A stretch of DNA of 64,000 bases from Lama glama (GCA_028534125.1 CM052817.1:100132001-100196000), one strand, 5' to 3'. Shown: positions 12,726 through 25,616, counted from the stretch's first letter. A program made the numbers and translations. Notes: generated from the letters alone by a model not told the origin.

Positions 12726-14897
12726 TCCTTCAGGAGGCCATCACTGCAGTCCAAAGAGGAGATGATGATAGCTTTGATGGGGGTGATGCTGATATAGACA
12801 GAGACAAATGGACAGATTTGAGGTTATTCTTGGAGTTCCTTTTTGGATGTGATGATGGCTTGAATGTGTTGGGTTTTTGTTTGGTCCTCCTCATTTGACT
12901 GCAAGCCCATGAAGCAAGCCAAACATATCTCCTGGGCCAAACATGAAAAGGTTTGCTGAATGAATGAGTGGGATTCCACAAATCAAAGATTTGCCTCCTG
13001 GATGCACCATGGCTCGGAATTTCCCACGAATGGGCTGAACCTGTTATGTAAAGAGAGGGAGGAGGGGATTCCAACAATCATGTGCCCATAAGAGAGAGCC
13101 TTACTCAGGTTTTCTTGCCAGACTATGAGGGAAATTGATTTAAGAAATCCTCCTTTGTGCCGCAGTGCTTTCATGGGAAGGATCTGACTTAGAACCCAAA
13201 TATCCTGCTCTATGTGGCTCCATTCCCTCTTGGGTTTTAAATTTCTTTCATTTCTTGTCAGTTTCAGATCTCTTCACATCCCAGGATAGAATGAAAGAGT
13301 GAGCATCTGCAGCAGTGTCTTTGGAGAAAATAGATTCTAGATAGAGCCAATAAATCCAGCACAGAGAGTCACTCCCTGAAACAAAGAGAATGGCTGGTAG
13401 AGGGGAAAAAAAAAATCCTGCAGAAAACAAACCTTCAAAAACACCATCAGGAAGTCTGCCCGCCACACTCCTGGCAGCCCACAGCAGGGCGCTGCTCACC
13501 CGTTGCCCTGGACTCCTCCTTGAACTCAGCCGGGGTGGGATGCTGGGTGAGAAAAATGACCGGCCATTTCTCTAACAAGCAGGATGCTGAGGGTCCAGCG
13601 TGCAGACGCAGAAGGTCCACATCTCAAAGATAAGGCCAATCTCCCCTTGTCTGGTCCAGGCCGAGCAGGTGGTGGGTGTCAGGGGGAGCTGTTGGCTGCC
13701 TGAGGCGCTGAGGTTCAGTGTGGCCGCCTTCACCTCCATCGAGGTGGATTTCACCGTCTCTAGTCAGCGCAGATTGCCAACACAGGAGTGCCTGCTGCTG
13801 AAAAGTGCTTATATCCGCTTCTCAGTGCCATCTCTATTACTCCAGGGGACCAGGTTCTTCTTCAGACCTGCTTAGTAGAACCCCTTTTCGAGTTCATCTC
13901 TGGTTCTCATCACATTCTTATCCACTTAGTTCAACATCAGGGGTGATGGGTGAGGGTACAGAAAGGAGGGTATTTACAGATCGTCACTACTGGTATCACC
14001 ATTCTTTTCTCCCCACCACGACCCTCCTCGTGTCATCCATGGCCATCCTGCAGCCTCTGTCACTGTCTCCCAACTGCTGTGCGGCACCGAAGGAGCTAGG
14101 CTTGGCGTAACCACTGAGGAGAGAAAGATGCTGCTGCTTTTGCCTATGAGGGCATCCATGGAGGAGACTGCCTGGGAGGAGAGAGGAGGCAGACATGGTC
14201 CACATGATGTAGGAGCTCTGAGTCCTCCAAAGGCCACTGCAGTTCAGGGTCACAGGCACCATCAGCGACTCAGCTTCAGAGCAGGAACGGCTCTAGGTTT
14301 AGCCCCCCAGGTCTTCGAGCCTCACTTTGCAAACAAACTGGTAGCAATCTTATGCATAACAGATCAAGTAGCTGTCTGGATGGTTTGATTTCAGATGGGG
14401 CAGCTCCGATCTAAAAATAATTTCCCTCGGTTTATCTTTAGAGACTGAAATGCCACCATTTGTGGTTTGTTCCTTACAAGTAAGTGGTCCTTCCTCCCTA
14501 GGTCTCTCATAAGAGGTGAATCTTCCTCAGAGGAAAAACTCAAGTCACACACACAGATTCCAGTAAATGAATGAGTTCTCCATCAAATGCCTCAGGCTTG
14601 GAGCAGGAACACAAAAGAAGAGAATGGGGGTATCTGAGGGAGGCAGGAGCCTGAAACAAGTGGAAATTAAGAAGAGACGGGAGGTGGAGTCTGGAGATCT
14701 TGGGTAACAGTAACAGGTAGAGGATTACCCAGGCCATGCAGGGGCACTTCGGACAGTGCAGAGCTGGAGTGCTGCCCCAGCTTGGCCCCTCAGAGTGGAA
14801 GGGATCTGGGGCCCTAGGAGAGAGCAGCAGAGCTTTGCATATACACTGTGCTGATTTCTCAAATTGTTTGGACCTTGACCTGCATGGGTAGATCTAG

Positions 14898-15459
14898 TGA
14901 GACAGGAGGGAAGGGAGGAGGACACAGGAACTAAAAGAATGACACAGCCATTAAGGATAGGACATAAACTGGTTACAGCCAACTAAGCCCAAGATGGCAG
15001 AAGATTCAACTTCCAGTAGACCTGAGCCTCATTATGTGCTCATCGTAATGCATTAACTGCTAAATGACACACGCATAACAATTCCCACATATAAGGCTGA
15101 TGGTAAATTCCACATATAAGGCTGATGGTAAAAGGCTAAAAAGTGGTGGTGGGGGCAACTCCTAGAAATCCCCTCTCCTTCTCCCAAATAGTTGGACTAA
15201 TCCTCCCACTTGTTAGCCTATGAAATTATCCAGCCCATAAAAACTAACAACCCAGTGCCCTGGGGCCTCTTGCCTTCTGAGACAGCCCGTACTCTGTCTA
15301 TGCAGTGTGTATCTCCCTGAATAAACTTTTTACTCTACTTCAGCTAATTCTTGAATCCTTTCCTGTGAGAAGCCAAGGACTCTCACATGTGGGGGCATCC
15401 CAGGGACTCACCCAAGATGTGGGACATGACCATCTTCTCATACCTGTTTCTCTGCAACA
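14898..15459 (+). mobile_element. Solo LTR of ERV1 (gammaretrovirus-like) class, 562 bp
   Basis: Begins TG (14898) and ends CAACA (15459); perfect 4-bp TSD CTAG at 14894-14897 and 15460-15463; TATA-like cccataaaaac near 15234-15243; AATAAA at 15320-15325. Confidence 0.85.
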
Positions 15460-15486
15460 CTAGCACAGATCCAAGTAATTGATCTT

Positions 15487-16734
15487 TTTTCCAACTCTTT
15501 TTTTTATTGAAGTATAGTTGGTTTACAATGTTGTGTCAATTTCTGGTGTACAGCATAATGTTTCAGTCATACGTATATGTACATATATTTGTTTTCATAT
15601 TTTTTCACTATAGGTTACTACAAGATATTGAATATAGTTCCTTGTGCTACACAGTATAAACTTGTTGTTTATCTATTTTATATATAGTAGTTAGTCTGCA
15701 AATTTCAAAATCCCTATTTATCCCTTTCCACTCCCTTTATCCATGGTAACCATAGTTTGTTCCCTGTGTCTGTGGATTTGTTTCTGTTTTGTAAAGAAGT
15801 TCATTTGTGTCTTTTTTTTCTTTTTCAGATTCCACATATAAGTCATATCATATAGTTTTTTTCTTTCTCTTTCTGCCTAACTTCACTTAGAATGATGATT
15901 TCCAGGTCCATCCATGTTGCTGCAAATGGTATTATTTCATTCTTTTTTATGGCTGAGTAGTACTCCATTGCATAAATATATCACAACTTCTTTATCTAGT
16001 CATCTGTAGATGGATACTAAGTTGTCTCCATATCTTGGCTATTGTATATAGTGCTGCTGTGAACATTGGGGTGCATGTGTCTTTTTGAATTACATTTTTC
16101 TTCAGATACTTGGCCAAGAGTGGGATTGCTGGATCACATGGTAAGTTCATTTTTAGTTTTTTAAGGAATCTCCATGTTGTCCTCCATGGTGGTTACACCA
16201 ATTTACTTTCCCATCAGCACTGTAGGAGAGTTTCCTCTTCTCCACATCCTCTCCAGCATTTATTATTTGTAGACTCCTTAATGATGGCCATTCTGAATGG
16301 TGTGAGGTGATACCTCATTGTAGTTCTGATTTGCATTTCTCTAACAATTAGTGATGTTGAGCATATTTTCATGTGCCTCTTGGCCATCTGGATGTCTTCT
16401 TTGGAGAGATGTTTATTTAGGTCTTCTGCCCATTTTTTGATTGGGTTGCTTATTTTTTGATATTAAGCTATATGAGCTGGTTGTATATTTTGGAAATTAG
16501 TCCCTTGTCAGAAGCATCATTTGCAAATATTTTCTCCCATTCCATAAGTTGTCTTTTCATTTTGTTGATGGTGTCCTTATCTGTGCAAAAACTTTTAAGT
16601 TTAATTAGGTCCCATTTGTTTTTGCTTTTATTTTCATTACTCTAGGAGGTTGTTTGAAAAAAATATTGCTGTGATTTATGTCAAAAGGTATCCTGCCTAA
16701 GTTTTCCTCTAGGAATTTCATATTATCTGGTCTT
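15487..16734 (-). mobile_element. 5'-truncated L1 (3'UTR plus end of ORF2), about 1.25 kb
   Basis: Poly-T then ttattgaagtatagttggtttacaatgttgtg (artiodactyl-type L1 3' end); ORF2 C-terminal homology; degenerate TSD tccaagtaattgatctt (15470-15486) / tccagtaactgaactt (16735-16750). Confidence 0.92.
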
Positions 16735-18558
16735 TCCAGTAACTGAACTTAAGCAGTAAGGGCTCGTACTGGGAGTCAGTACTGTCCATCTACCTGGAAA
16801 ACATAGCACAGGGAAGACACAGTAAGAGAGGGAGCAGCGGGGGCTCTAAGGTTCCAGCCTGGCCAGGGACTCTTGTGCTCAGCTGGCCGTCATTCCCAAA
16901 TGCACATCCAGGTCCCCGTTTGCCAGCAATCACAAGTTCAGAGAGCCGAGAGAGCCACGTGCCTCCACAACTCAGCCTGCCTCACCCGCCATCTGTTCGT
17001 CTGAATGGGCAACCCTCGCAGGGAGGCCTCTTGGCCAGAAACCAGGGCCTGATTCTCCCTCTGTGGCTGCAGAGTGCATGCAGAGGGTGCTAGCGCTTGC
17101 CCTGAATCATAATCTGGGGCAGCAGATGTTGTCTGCTTATTCTGGGCAGGGTACAGACATGGCCAAGGAAGCCGGGGTCCAGCCACCTCCGGGCTCTCTG
17201 AGAGGCCCTGAGCTAGCTGCCAGGTGCAAGATCAGTTGGATCTGATGGTTGGAGCTATAATCCCCGAGCGCAGTCTGCTGCTTTATGTAGAGGCCATCGA
17301 ATGCGGTGTTTTCCTGTATTCATATGGTAAGTTTAAAGTCAGCATTCTGCTGGGGTGAAAAATAAACAACTCCATTTTCCGGAATAATTCCCTGCCTTGA
17401 GCTATCACCACTATACCTTAATTATTTGTGATACATCCAAAAGGAGTGGGATTCAAGCGACAGGCCAATCAGCAGCTTCCTCCATCATCATCAGACCTAG
17501 GGGGGCAGCACACTACTGTGCAGTGACAGGCAGACAGCTACACGGTACCATGAGCCAATAAATGCAGAACCCAGACGTTCCTCCACTCCGTCTCCCCTCC
17601 CCAGCTCAGCACCCCATGCATAGCAAGTACTCGTTAATGAGTTCATCACTGGGGTCGACTCTGAGCAGGGCTGACTTCTCAAGCCCCAGTCCCAGGAAAA
17701 GCAGGAGGAATCTTTCCACTCACTGACCTCAGATGAACATTTGATAAACTGTTGATTCCTTTGGTTATTTATGAGTTATGACACGCATATAAATGAGCAT
17801 ATATTTATGAGCTGATAGTTGGTACTAATGTTACATTTTTATCTCTAAAAAACACGCATTTCATTCTACAGGCAGCTAACCTGGGTTAAAAATGAGGTCT
17901 GGAATGTTGTTCGAACTTGTGTTCCTAAATGCCTTTCTGCCCCATGCAAGAACACTTCTGACCACAGGCTCTCGTTTTGCCAAGCTCATCAAACCACCTC
18001 CCTTTATGGGGGTGGGGGGAACGGAGGCCCAGAGCAGCAGGCACCATGTGCATTGTCACCCAGCATGAGATGGTGAGGAGAACCCGTCTCCAGGATTCCC
18101 CGCCATCCAGGGGCACTCTCTCTCTGCTTTGCTCCAAAGGACTGGTGTTTCTAAGAGCCTCCCAAGCCAGAGAAGGATTTTTTTGTCATTCTCTTTAGAG
18201 CATGCTGTAATAAACAATCTGCATTCACTCTTCTCTGCAATTCCATATGGAAATTACCAGCCATCCTGTGTTATTCTGTAGCTGTATCATGCTGGCTTCT
18301 TATTATATTGAAATGTTTCCATTAAGTATATTGGACTCGTAGAGTATTTATTTTAAACAGGCCTCTAGGAGATGAGATAGTTCCTAGATTAGGTCAGACA
18401 TTTAAAATTAGGACAAAGATCCCAGGTAAACCTGCAAAGCAGGCCAGCAAGCTTGGTGTGCAGGTGCAGAAACTCATTACCACGTGTCAATAGATTCATG
18501 AGTACACCAGCCACTGATTATAGACTAAATGAGTAATATTCTAATACAAATATCTCCT

Positions 18559-18927
18559 CGGGTCCACAAGTATGTATGTCACACCTTTGGGGCCAAATGT
18601 GTTTTGGAAGTCAGATATTTCACGTTTTAGAAGTCAGGAAACAGGATGTATCTACCATGTATTTATAACATTCCCGGCCAAGTCTGGGCAGTACCCTATA
18701 ACCAAGCACTTTCATAGGTCTGCAATTAACTATGGAAATGTTCACTACTAATGGGATAAAGAAAGACTATAAATAGCTTCATAGTTCAATTGGGGTTTTT
18801 TTTTGCCTCCAAAATTAGTTTGTCAGAAACATCCCCCCCGTCAAAAAAAAAAAACCAAACCCCAAACCAACCCTATTTTTATTGTTTTAAGAAGTTCGGG
18901 ATTATGGATAAAGGGACTGTAGATCTA
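18559..18927. mobile_element. MER46C-like TcMar-Tigger element
   Basis: gggtccacaa...ctttggggccaaatgtgttttggaa...aaagactataaatagc...ggataaagggactgtagatct; approximate terminal inverted repeats. Confidence 0.8.
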
Positions 18928-19289
18928 TCTTAATTTAAATATATGAATATATTAATCAATAAGATCATTTTATTAAACAAGTTTCAGTATTTAATGTACG
19001 CTTCTACCATTATATACTTTTCAATCAATGGCTAGATACAAAAATGACCACAAATATCATGTCAAAATTCACAAAATTTTAAGGGCTCCTGACTGTCCTT
19101 GGTGGAGTCCACTCCCAACTTGGCCCTGGAGCCCACACCGCACGGGACCACCTCCCTCCCCAGGACACAGCCACGCCTGAGGGGTGGGAGGACCAGCCAG
19201 GACCTAACCAGGACCTGGTTAGGAAAGGCTTTATCCCTTAGGGTAGGGATTCCAGTCTTATTAAGTAGAAGGACAGCTTTTTAATTGTA

Positions 19290-19545
19290 GAAGCTCCGGA
19301 GCTAGATGTCTGGGCTAACATCCTTGTGCTGCTGTTTACCTCTTGGGAGACCTCAGCCGAGTCATTTTCCCTCTTTGTACTTCAGCATCCTCCTCTGTTG
19401 TAAGTGGGAGTAATAGTAGCTCTTATCTCATAGGAATAATGTGAGGACTAAATAAGTGAATTCAAGAAACTCTTAGAGGGGTGCCAGGCACATGGTAACC
19501 TCTCCATACACGTTAGCTATTATTATTACTATTATTATCATTATC
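19290..19545 (+). mobile_element. MIR SINE
   Basis: ctccggagctagatgtctgggct...cttcagcatcctcctctg...gtgccaggcacatggtaa...gttagctattattatt. Confidence 0.8.
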
Positions 19546-19559
19546 ACTCTTAGCTGGCA

Positions 19560-19880
19560 TGTCTACAGTGGGCAGAATAGCACCGCCCCCTCAAAGATGT
19601 CCACACCCTAATCTCCATACCCTATGACAGAATGTACTGGAAAGTACCCCAGAATAGGAGCTGGTAGATGTGATTAAGTTTGGGACCTTTAGATGAAGAG
19701 ATTATTTTGGATTACCCAAGTGTTCCCAGCCTAATCACATGAATCCTTAGAATGGGAAAACCTTTCCTGGCTGCAGTAAGAAAACCAGTTGCGATGTGAC
19801 AACTGAAGCAGAGGCAGAGAGAAGTTACATCGCTGGCTTTGAAGATGAAGGAAGGGGCCACCAGCAAAATGTGGGAGATT
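19560..19880 (+). mobile_element. MaLR LTR fragment (MLT1D-like)
   Basis: gtgggcagaatagcaccgccccctcaaagatgtccacaccctaatc...gagattattttggattaccc...ctggctttgaagatgaaggaaggggcca. Confidence 0.8.
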
Positions 19881-19899
19881 CACAGAATTAAAGATGATT

Positions 19900-20140
19900 G
19901 TGCCACCCAAGGAATGAAGTTCTAACACCTGTTCCAAGATGGATGAACTCTGAAAGCATGCTATGTGAAAGAAGACAAACACAAAAGGACACATGTTGTA
20001 AGATTCCACATGCATGAAATGTCTAGAATAGGTAAATCCATAGGGACTGAAAGGAAATTGGTGGTTGCAAGGGGCTGGTATGAGGAGAGAATGGGGAGAG
20101 ACTGCTCAAAGAGTAGGGTATGTTCTCTTGAGAGGTGGGT
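19900..20140 (+). mobile_element. Old L1M 3' fragment
   Basis: atggatgaactctgaaagcatgctatgtgaaagaagac...gaaatgtctagaataggtaaatccatagggactgaaagg. Confidence 0.8.
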
Positions 20141-20849
20141 AGGGAGAGAGATGGAAGGGAGAGAGAAAGAGAGAGAGAGGGAGAGATATTTACTAGCACT
20201 ACCCAAAAATCAAAGAGGAACGACTTTGTGCTACAAGCATCATGAAGTGAGAACCACAAAAAGAAAAAGATGATGCTATTGGAGCTGAGCTGAGTAGGGC
20301 TTCTAATCCCACATCACCTGCCCCCAAGGCCCCAAAGCCATGGAGAGGAGAGATGGATTATTAATGAAATCCTGAGGACTCTCATTACTATGCTCCAGCT
20401 TCAAGAGAACCTGGCTGAGGGGAGGGCAAGTGAGTAAGCAACTCCAGGAAAATGCCAGGAAAAGTCCTTGAGAGAAGAGGCCCCAGTGCTGACCTTGGGG
20501 CTTTGTCTGAGGCAGGAAGGGCTTCCAGGTCAGTGCGTTGAACAAGCTGAAGCCCAGAGGAGTGCCCTACACCCTTGGTTAGATGGACCAGCTCCTGTTA
20601 AAGATAGTTAGCTGCATCTGAGAAAGAAGTGAAACTCTGGGCCCCAAACAAGGACCCCACCCAGACACAGCTGAATTGTGCCCCTTCCTCATCCCCACAT
20701 CATTAAGCTACAGAAAGGGGGCTTGAAAATAACATCCAGTCCTCAAGCTGCAGATCTGAGCGAAGATAAAAGGTTCTATATAAGGCAGGGAGGATGTCAA
20801 GGAAAATTCACCTGCACTGTATTTATTGAAGCAATAGACAGTCAGAATT

Positions 20850-21662
20850 GCTCATATTAGGCATAAATAAGATAAAAAGAAATGGCATAGTCACTGTAAA
20901 AACACACAAAAGGGAAAAATACACATTAAAGATAGGTGAACAATCCTGTCTGGAAGAACTCAAAAGCAAAATAGCAAAAATGTTTCCTTGTAAGCACATG
21001 GCACTGTACAAGAACGTAATAAAAACATGGATTAAATAAAAGATCAAAATAACATGAAAAAAACACAAAATGAGATGGAATGAGATATTGAAGACCTAAA
21101 GGGACAAAATAAAATTTCAAGTAACTCTTAGAAATAGAAAAAGATAGTACAAGTAGCTAAAAATCATATTAATGACAAGACTTGAAATAATCACAGCAAG
21201 TGCAGAGGAAAAAATGAAAAGATGAGTATAAAGATCTTTGATATCATTGACAAGAACCCAACAAGTGAAACAGAAAAAAATATGGAAAAACATAATACAG
21301 GAAAATTTTCATGAACTGAGGGAGGAACTGAATCAGCCCTCTGAAAGATCAGTGCATGCTACTCAAAACTGATACAGAATGAACAGCATTGAGTCATAAA
21401 ATGATAAATCTATTCAACTTCAAAGATAAAGCATTCTTCAGGCATACAGCAGAAAAAGCGGAAGAGGGAAATAACCAGGGGGTTCAGCCTTCTCTCCATA
21501 GTTTCCAATGCCAGAGAACAGTAGGGCAATGTCTACAGAGGAAAAGCATTGTGAGCTAGAATATTTCTATCCGGTCAAATTGTCATTTATGCTTAAAAGC
21601 AACAAGGAGAGCATCCTAAAGCATGACAGAGCTCAGGGAATAAAGCATCAATAAACCTTCTT
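20850..21662 (+). mobile_element. HAL1/L1 ORF1-like fossil (continues past the L1 and MIR insertions to about 23500)
   Basis: A-rich; ttcaaagataaagcattcttcaggca...ttctctcc...aatgccagagaacagtagggcaatgtctaca...ccggtcaaattgtcattt...ctcagggaata; resumes ...aaccttcttgaagaac after 22819. Confidence 0.7.
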
Positions 21663-22818
21663 TTAAAAAAATTTTCATTATCTTTTCATTTTTGTATTCT
21701 TTTTTCATTATAGATTACTAGAAGATATTGAATATAGTTCCCTGCACTATACAGCATAAACTTGTTGCTTACCTATATATAGTAGTTAGTATCTGCAAAT
21801 CTCAAACTTTCAATTTATCCCTTCCCACTCCCTTCCCCCTGGTAACTGTAAGTTTGTTTTCTGTATCTGTGAGTCTATTTCTGTTTTATACATAAGTTCA
21901 CTTGTGCCTTTTTTTTTAGATTCCACATATAAATGATATCATATGGTATTTTTCTTTCTCTTTCTGGTGTACTTCATTTAGAATGACAGTTCATCCACAT
22001 TGCTGCAAATGGAATTACTTTATTCTTTTTTATAGCTGAATAGTATTCCATTATATAAATATACCACAGCTTCTTTATCATTCATGTGTCGACGGACATT
22101 TAGGCTATTTCCATGCCTTAACTATTGTAAATAGTGTTGCTATGAACACTGGGGTGCATGTGTCTTTTTGAATTAGAGTTCCTTCTGGACATATGCCCAG
22201 GAGTGGGATTGCTGGATTATATGGTAAGTCTATTTTTACTCTTTTGAAGACTTTCCATACTATTTTCCATAATGGCTGTACCAAACTACATTCCCACCAA
22301 CAGTGTAGGAGGGATCCCTTTTCTCCACAGCTTCTCCAGCATTTATCATTTGTGGACTTTTGAATGATGGCCATTCTGACTGGTGTGAAGTGATACCTCA
22401 TTATAGTTTTGATTTGCATTTCTCTGATAATTAGTAATATTGAGTACTTTTTCATGTGCCTATTGGCCATTTGTATTTCTTCACTGGAGAATTGCTTGTT
22501 TAGGTCTGCCATTTTTGGATTGGGTTGTTTGGTTTTTTTTGTTGTTGTTAAGTTGTGTGAGCTGTTTATATATTCTAGAAATAAAGCCCTTGTCAGTCTC
22601 ATCTTTTGCACATATGTTCTGCCATTCCGCAGGTTGTGTTTTGTTTTGCTTTTGGTTTCCTTTACTTTGCAAAAGCTTGTAAGTTTAATTAGGTCCCATT
22701 TGTTTATTCTTGCTTTTATTTCTATTGCCTGGGTAGACTGCCCTAGGAGAACATTGCTAAGATTTATGTCAGGTAACCTTTTGTCTATGTTTGCTTCTAA
22801 GAAGTTTATAGTGTCTTG
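21663..22818 (-). mobile_element. 5'-truncated L1 (3'UTR plus ORF2 Cys-rich C-terminus) nested in HAL1
   Basis: ORF 22105-22611(-) encodes MANRHMKK...[19 protein letters not shown]...[12 protein letters not shown] (L1 ORF2 CCHC region); TSD tcaataaaccttctt (21648-21662) / tcagtcaaccttctt (22819-22833), 13/15 identical. Confidence 0.95.
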
Positions 22819-22849
22819 TCAGTCAACCTTCTTGAAGAACGCCCTACAA

Positions 22850-23090
22850 GACACAGCCTCTGAAGCCAGACCACTTGGGTTTGAATCTTGGCTTGGCCAC
22901 TTACTGCTTGTACTGTTTGGGCAAGCTACTTTTTGTGCCTCAGTTTCCTCATGTGTAAAGTGTGGATAATAATAGCCACCATTTGATTGGATTGTTTCTG
23001 CAGATTTAATGAATCAACATATATACAGTGCTTGGAATACTGCCTGATGCATAGTGAAAGCTACATATACCATGTTTGCTATAATCAATG
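22850..23090 (+). mobile_element. MIR SINE
   Basis: tctgaagccagaccacttgggtttgaatcttggc...gtgcctcagtttcctcatgtgtaaagtgtggataataatag. Confidence 0.9.
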
Positions 23091-24319
23091 TTATGTATCA
23101 TTGAGATGAAGAATAGCAAAATAACCACTGGTGAGGACTGAATTTGAATTTAAATACAGAGCCAAGATTACACAAAAACAGCAACACCTGAGGGAAGAAA
23201 GGCTACAGAACAGGGTGTAAATATACAAGTCTTGACTAAGCAGACAAAATAAAAGCTTCTCAAAAATCTGGAGGTGGGATGAGGAAAGATAGGAGGAAGT
23301 CTTAGCATGCTGGCCACTTTACCGTTTCTAGCAAAATCTTTCCATCCGGACTGTCTAAAATGGAAAAAGTTAGTTAATGACATTCATGGTCTTTATTCTT
23401 ATCCTTAGAGCAATCTCTTATGAATGAGGAAAGATCTATGAATTTCAGTCTTTCTTTTATTTTCTCTTCAGTTTCTTTTGCCTTCTATTAAATTCATGTA
23501 GAATTAATTGTTTTATTTTTAAAGGAACTATAACATGACTCCATTATTATGAGATGGTGCTTGTCCATCAGCCATTCCTCCATCTGAATATAGCTGGTCT
23601 ACAGAGATGTCTTGAGCTGATGTTTGGTATATATTAACACTGGCTATTGTTGGGTAATAGAACTTGAAGAATGCATTGTGTTTCTGATACATTTCTTGGA
23701 TTCTTATAATATGAATGTAGAAAGCCAGTGAAGTTATGGTTTTAAAGTACATCAATTAAACAACCAACTACATAAATGAATCAAACATTTCACAACTCTG
23801 TAAGGAATGACTCATGTCTGTTCAAACACATTTTGTTCTTGAGAGATTCTATGTATAATCAAAATGAATCTTTTCATATTTTGTCAACTATCTTCCACTC
23901 TATTACTTAAGCATTAGGGAACAGTTTTGTCTTGTCAACACCCAGCTGGAAATAAAAGTTTGTATGTGATGAAAAATTAGTGGCTGTGGGTTGTGGCGTG
24001 ATTCATAGGAACATGATTTCTCATGTCAGTGAGAAATGATCTCCACCAAGTAGGCTGGGCTTTCCTACAATGTCGAGCAAGGAGGTAGGGCTTATGGGAG
24101 GGAGCCATGGGCAACTGCTTATTTCTCTGCCACTCACACAACTATGATCATGACGCTTTCCTTTGACTAAAGATAATGCTGTTGACCTGCAAAGGACCTG
24201 TCGTAGAGCCTGGGGTCTTGTGTTCCGTAGTTGGCTGGTCCTCTGAGCTGCCCAGGCCATGTTTGCTGTTCCTCCCCTTCACTCCCATTGCAACTTGATT
24301 GCTCCTACTTACGCTTTAT

Positions 24320-24475
24320 GGAAATAGTCGGCCTGTCCCCCACAAGGCTGTGAGCTCCTTGAGGGCAGAAACTGTGTCTTGTTCCCTCCTCCGCTCTAGC
24401 TCCTGTGCCTGGCAGAGCCTGTCTTGGGGTGGGTGCTTGGTGAGTATTTGGTGAATGGATGAATATTGAATGAGT
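24320..24475 (+). mobile_element. L2 3' end
   Basis: ctgtgagctccttgagggcagaaactgtgtcttgttc...gtgcctggcagag...tatttggtgaatggatgaat. Confidence 0.8.
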
Positions 24476-25616
24476 TATGCATCCTTCTCGCCCTGTGCCT
24501 TCTGTCATCTGATACATACCTGTGTGAGAGCAAATGGTTGAGCTAAAGGAATCTGTCTTCTTCTCACAAGATCATGTGAAACTGAAAACCCTGAACAGAA
24601 TCAGCCCAGTTACCAAGTTCACCACTGGATGTAGGCATGGTCTCCTACTACCTAAATGAATTTCTCTTTTTTTTAGAGGCAAGAAAGAAACCCAAGAAGG
24701 GTTAATTAAAGAGCAGTCAGCCTGAAATCACCCCACAAGAGACTTCAGAAACCAGTAGAATAACACTTAGCCAGGTATTGTTACCTTGGAACCAAGGGTA
24801 CCAACTTGAGGTGCACTTCATGCTGTCCCAATCCTAGAAGCCCTGGGTCTCCCTCAAGACCTTGTACCAGCCATTAGGGAGGAACTTGAAGCTTAATTGC
24901 TTGCAGAGTTACCTCAGCAAATAGCAACAGTCATATCAGATAAAGAACTATTTTGATTTCTTTAATTCCATTAGATGTGGATCTGGCCCTTTCAAAGAAC
25001 AGGGCGCTTAAGTCCCAGTAGGTCAGATCACAAACCGTCTTGGGTTGAGTGTGGTTGAATTAACTGGAGCAGCTCAGTGAAACAGGGATTTGGAGGAGAA
25101 AAGGGCTTGCTGCTCCACCTTAGTATGAAGCAAGAGATGCAGCAAATGAGATCAACGCCCAGGAGATGCCCAGAAATTGAGCAGTACCCCCAAGAGTGCT
25201 ACTTCTCCGTGGCCATCAGACAGCATTTTCTTCCCAATATTTAGACCACAATGCAGACAGTATTTTCCGGTAAATGGCAATAAATAAAAAAAAAGAGGGA
25301 GGTGCGGTGCAGAAAGAAAAGGAACTCCAGAGAAATTATGAAAAATTACTCAGGCCTTACAGGCCCTCAGGGTTAGAGCTCTGCGGAACCTCAAAGCCCA
25401 AATGGGCTCCACTCTGCTGAGCCCACAACGCCGGGCAGGACACCTTCTTCCTTCCACCTTCATCCAGGCCTGCATCCCCCGCCACCTGTCTCCCAGGGCC
25501 AATGCATTTACTTCAAAAGTGTTTCTGATTCAATTTCTCCCTGCAGTGAATGGCACAGGGAGACTTACCCCTCATTTTAGTTAGGCTGCTTAGAATCCCA
25601 TCAGCTTATCAGCATT

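Noticed and set aside
22105..22611. 168-aa ORF as a host gene
   Set aside because: It is the L1 ORF2 C-terminus inside a truncated, TSD-flanked L1. The overlapping plus-strand ORF 22409-22969 is its antisense shadow running into a MIR.
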